From positions 204,600,001 through 204,664,000 of the forward strand of contig OZ360220.1 in assembly GCA_977017645.1 (NCBI GenBank): a stretch of DNA of 64,000 bases, written 5' to 3'. Positions 63,815 through 64,000 of this stretch are shown here, piece after piece (position 1 is the stretch's first letter; each line of letters begins with the position of its first letter). Both the position numbers and the translations under genes were made by a program. Under the pieces are notes generated by a model that was not told the DNA's origin, searched no databases, and was given only the letters and a program-made list of their open reading frames with translations. The DNA comes from Torpedo marmorata. Its lineage: Eukaryota.

Positions 63815-64000
63815 CAGGACCTCTCCTGGAGACAGAACTTCTGAGGCAATTGTGAAGAAGGCATTCCAACACCATTACTTGCTAAGACGTCTAAGGAGAT
63901 TTGGCATGTCATCAAATACTGTATTGAACTTCTACAGGTGTACTGTGGAAAGCTTTCTGGTTGCATCACGGCCTGGCTTGGAAACTCAAGTCCCCAGGAA
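63815..64000 (+). mobile_element. Rex/Babar-type LINE RT C-terminal fragment running off the window
   Basis: gacctctcctgg..gtgaagaaggc..ctaaggagatttggcatgtc..aacttctacaggtgtactgtggaaagc, i.e. DLSW..KKA..LRRFGMS..NFYRCTVES. Confidence 0.75.

Overview
Vertebrate genomic DNA, most likely from a cartilaginous fish (inferred from the repeat landscape). The window holds 16 consecutive, frame-consistent GT-AG coding exons of an ABCA1-type lipid exporter on the minus strand (520-63355). They correspond to human ABCA1 exons 4-19 (2677 nt; ECD1, TMD1 and the start of NBD1). The introns are full of mobile elements. One intron holds a decayed Ty3/Gypsy LTR retrotransposon (15081-25943, TSD ATGGA), interrupted in its RNase H by a very young BEL/Pao-type element (17779-23949, minus strand, TSD ACTTG, two 692-bp LTRs identical by eye). 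The BEL element is the most unusual object here. It keeps one intact 1320-codon ORF (SAP domain, coiled coil, Gag, Zn knuckles, protease) but has no RT, RNase H or integrase core. In their place is an in-frame coiled-coil segment closely resembling the host protein MIPOL1, i.e. a probable gene-capture, non-autonomous LTR family. Also present: two DR4 LXR response elements in the large intron (one identical to the human ABCA1 promoter LXRE as I recall it), a perfect ERE palindrome, Tigger/Tc2-type MITEs sharing a minisatellite cargo, Penelope ends with hammerhead-like motifs, CR1 and Rex/Babar LINEs, tRNA-derived SINEs and two solo LTRs. All protein and family assignments come from recognition and memory, not from database searches.
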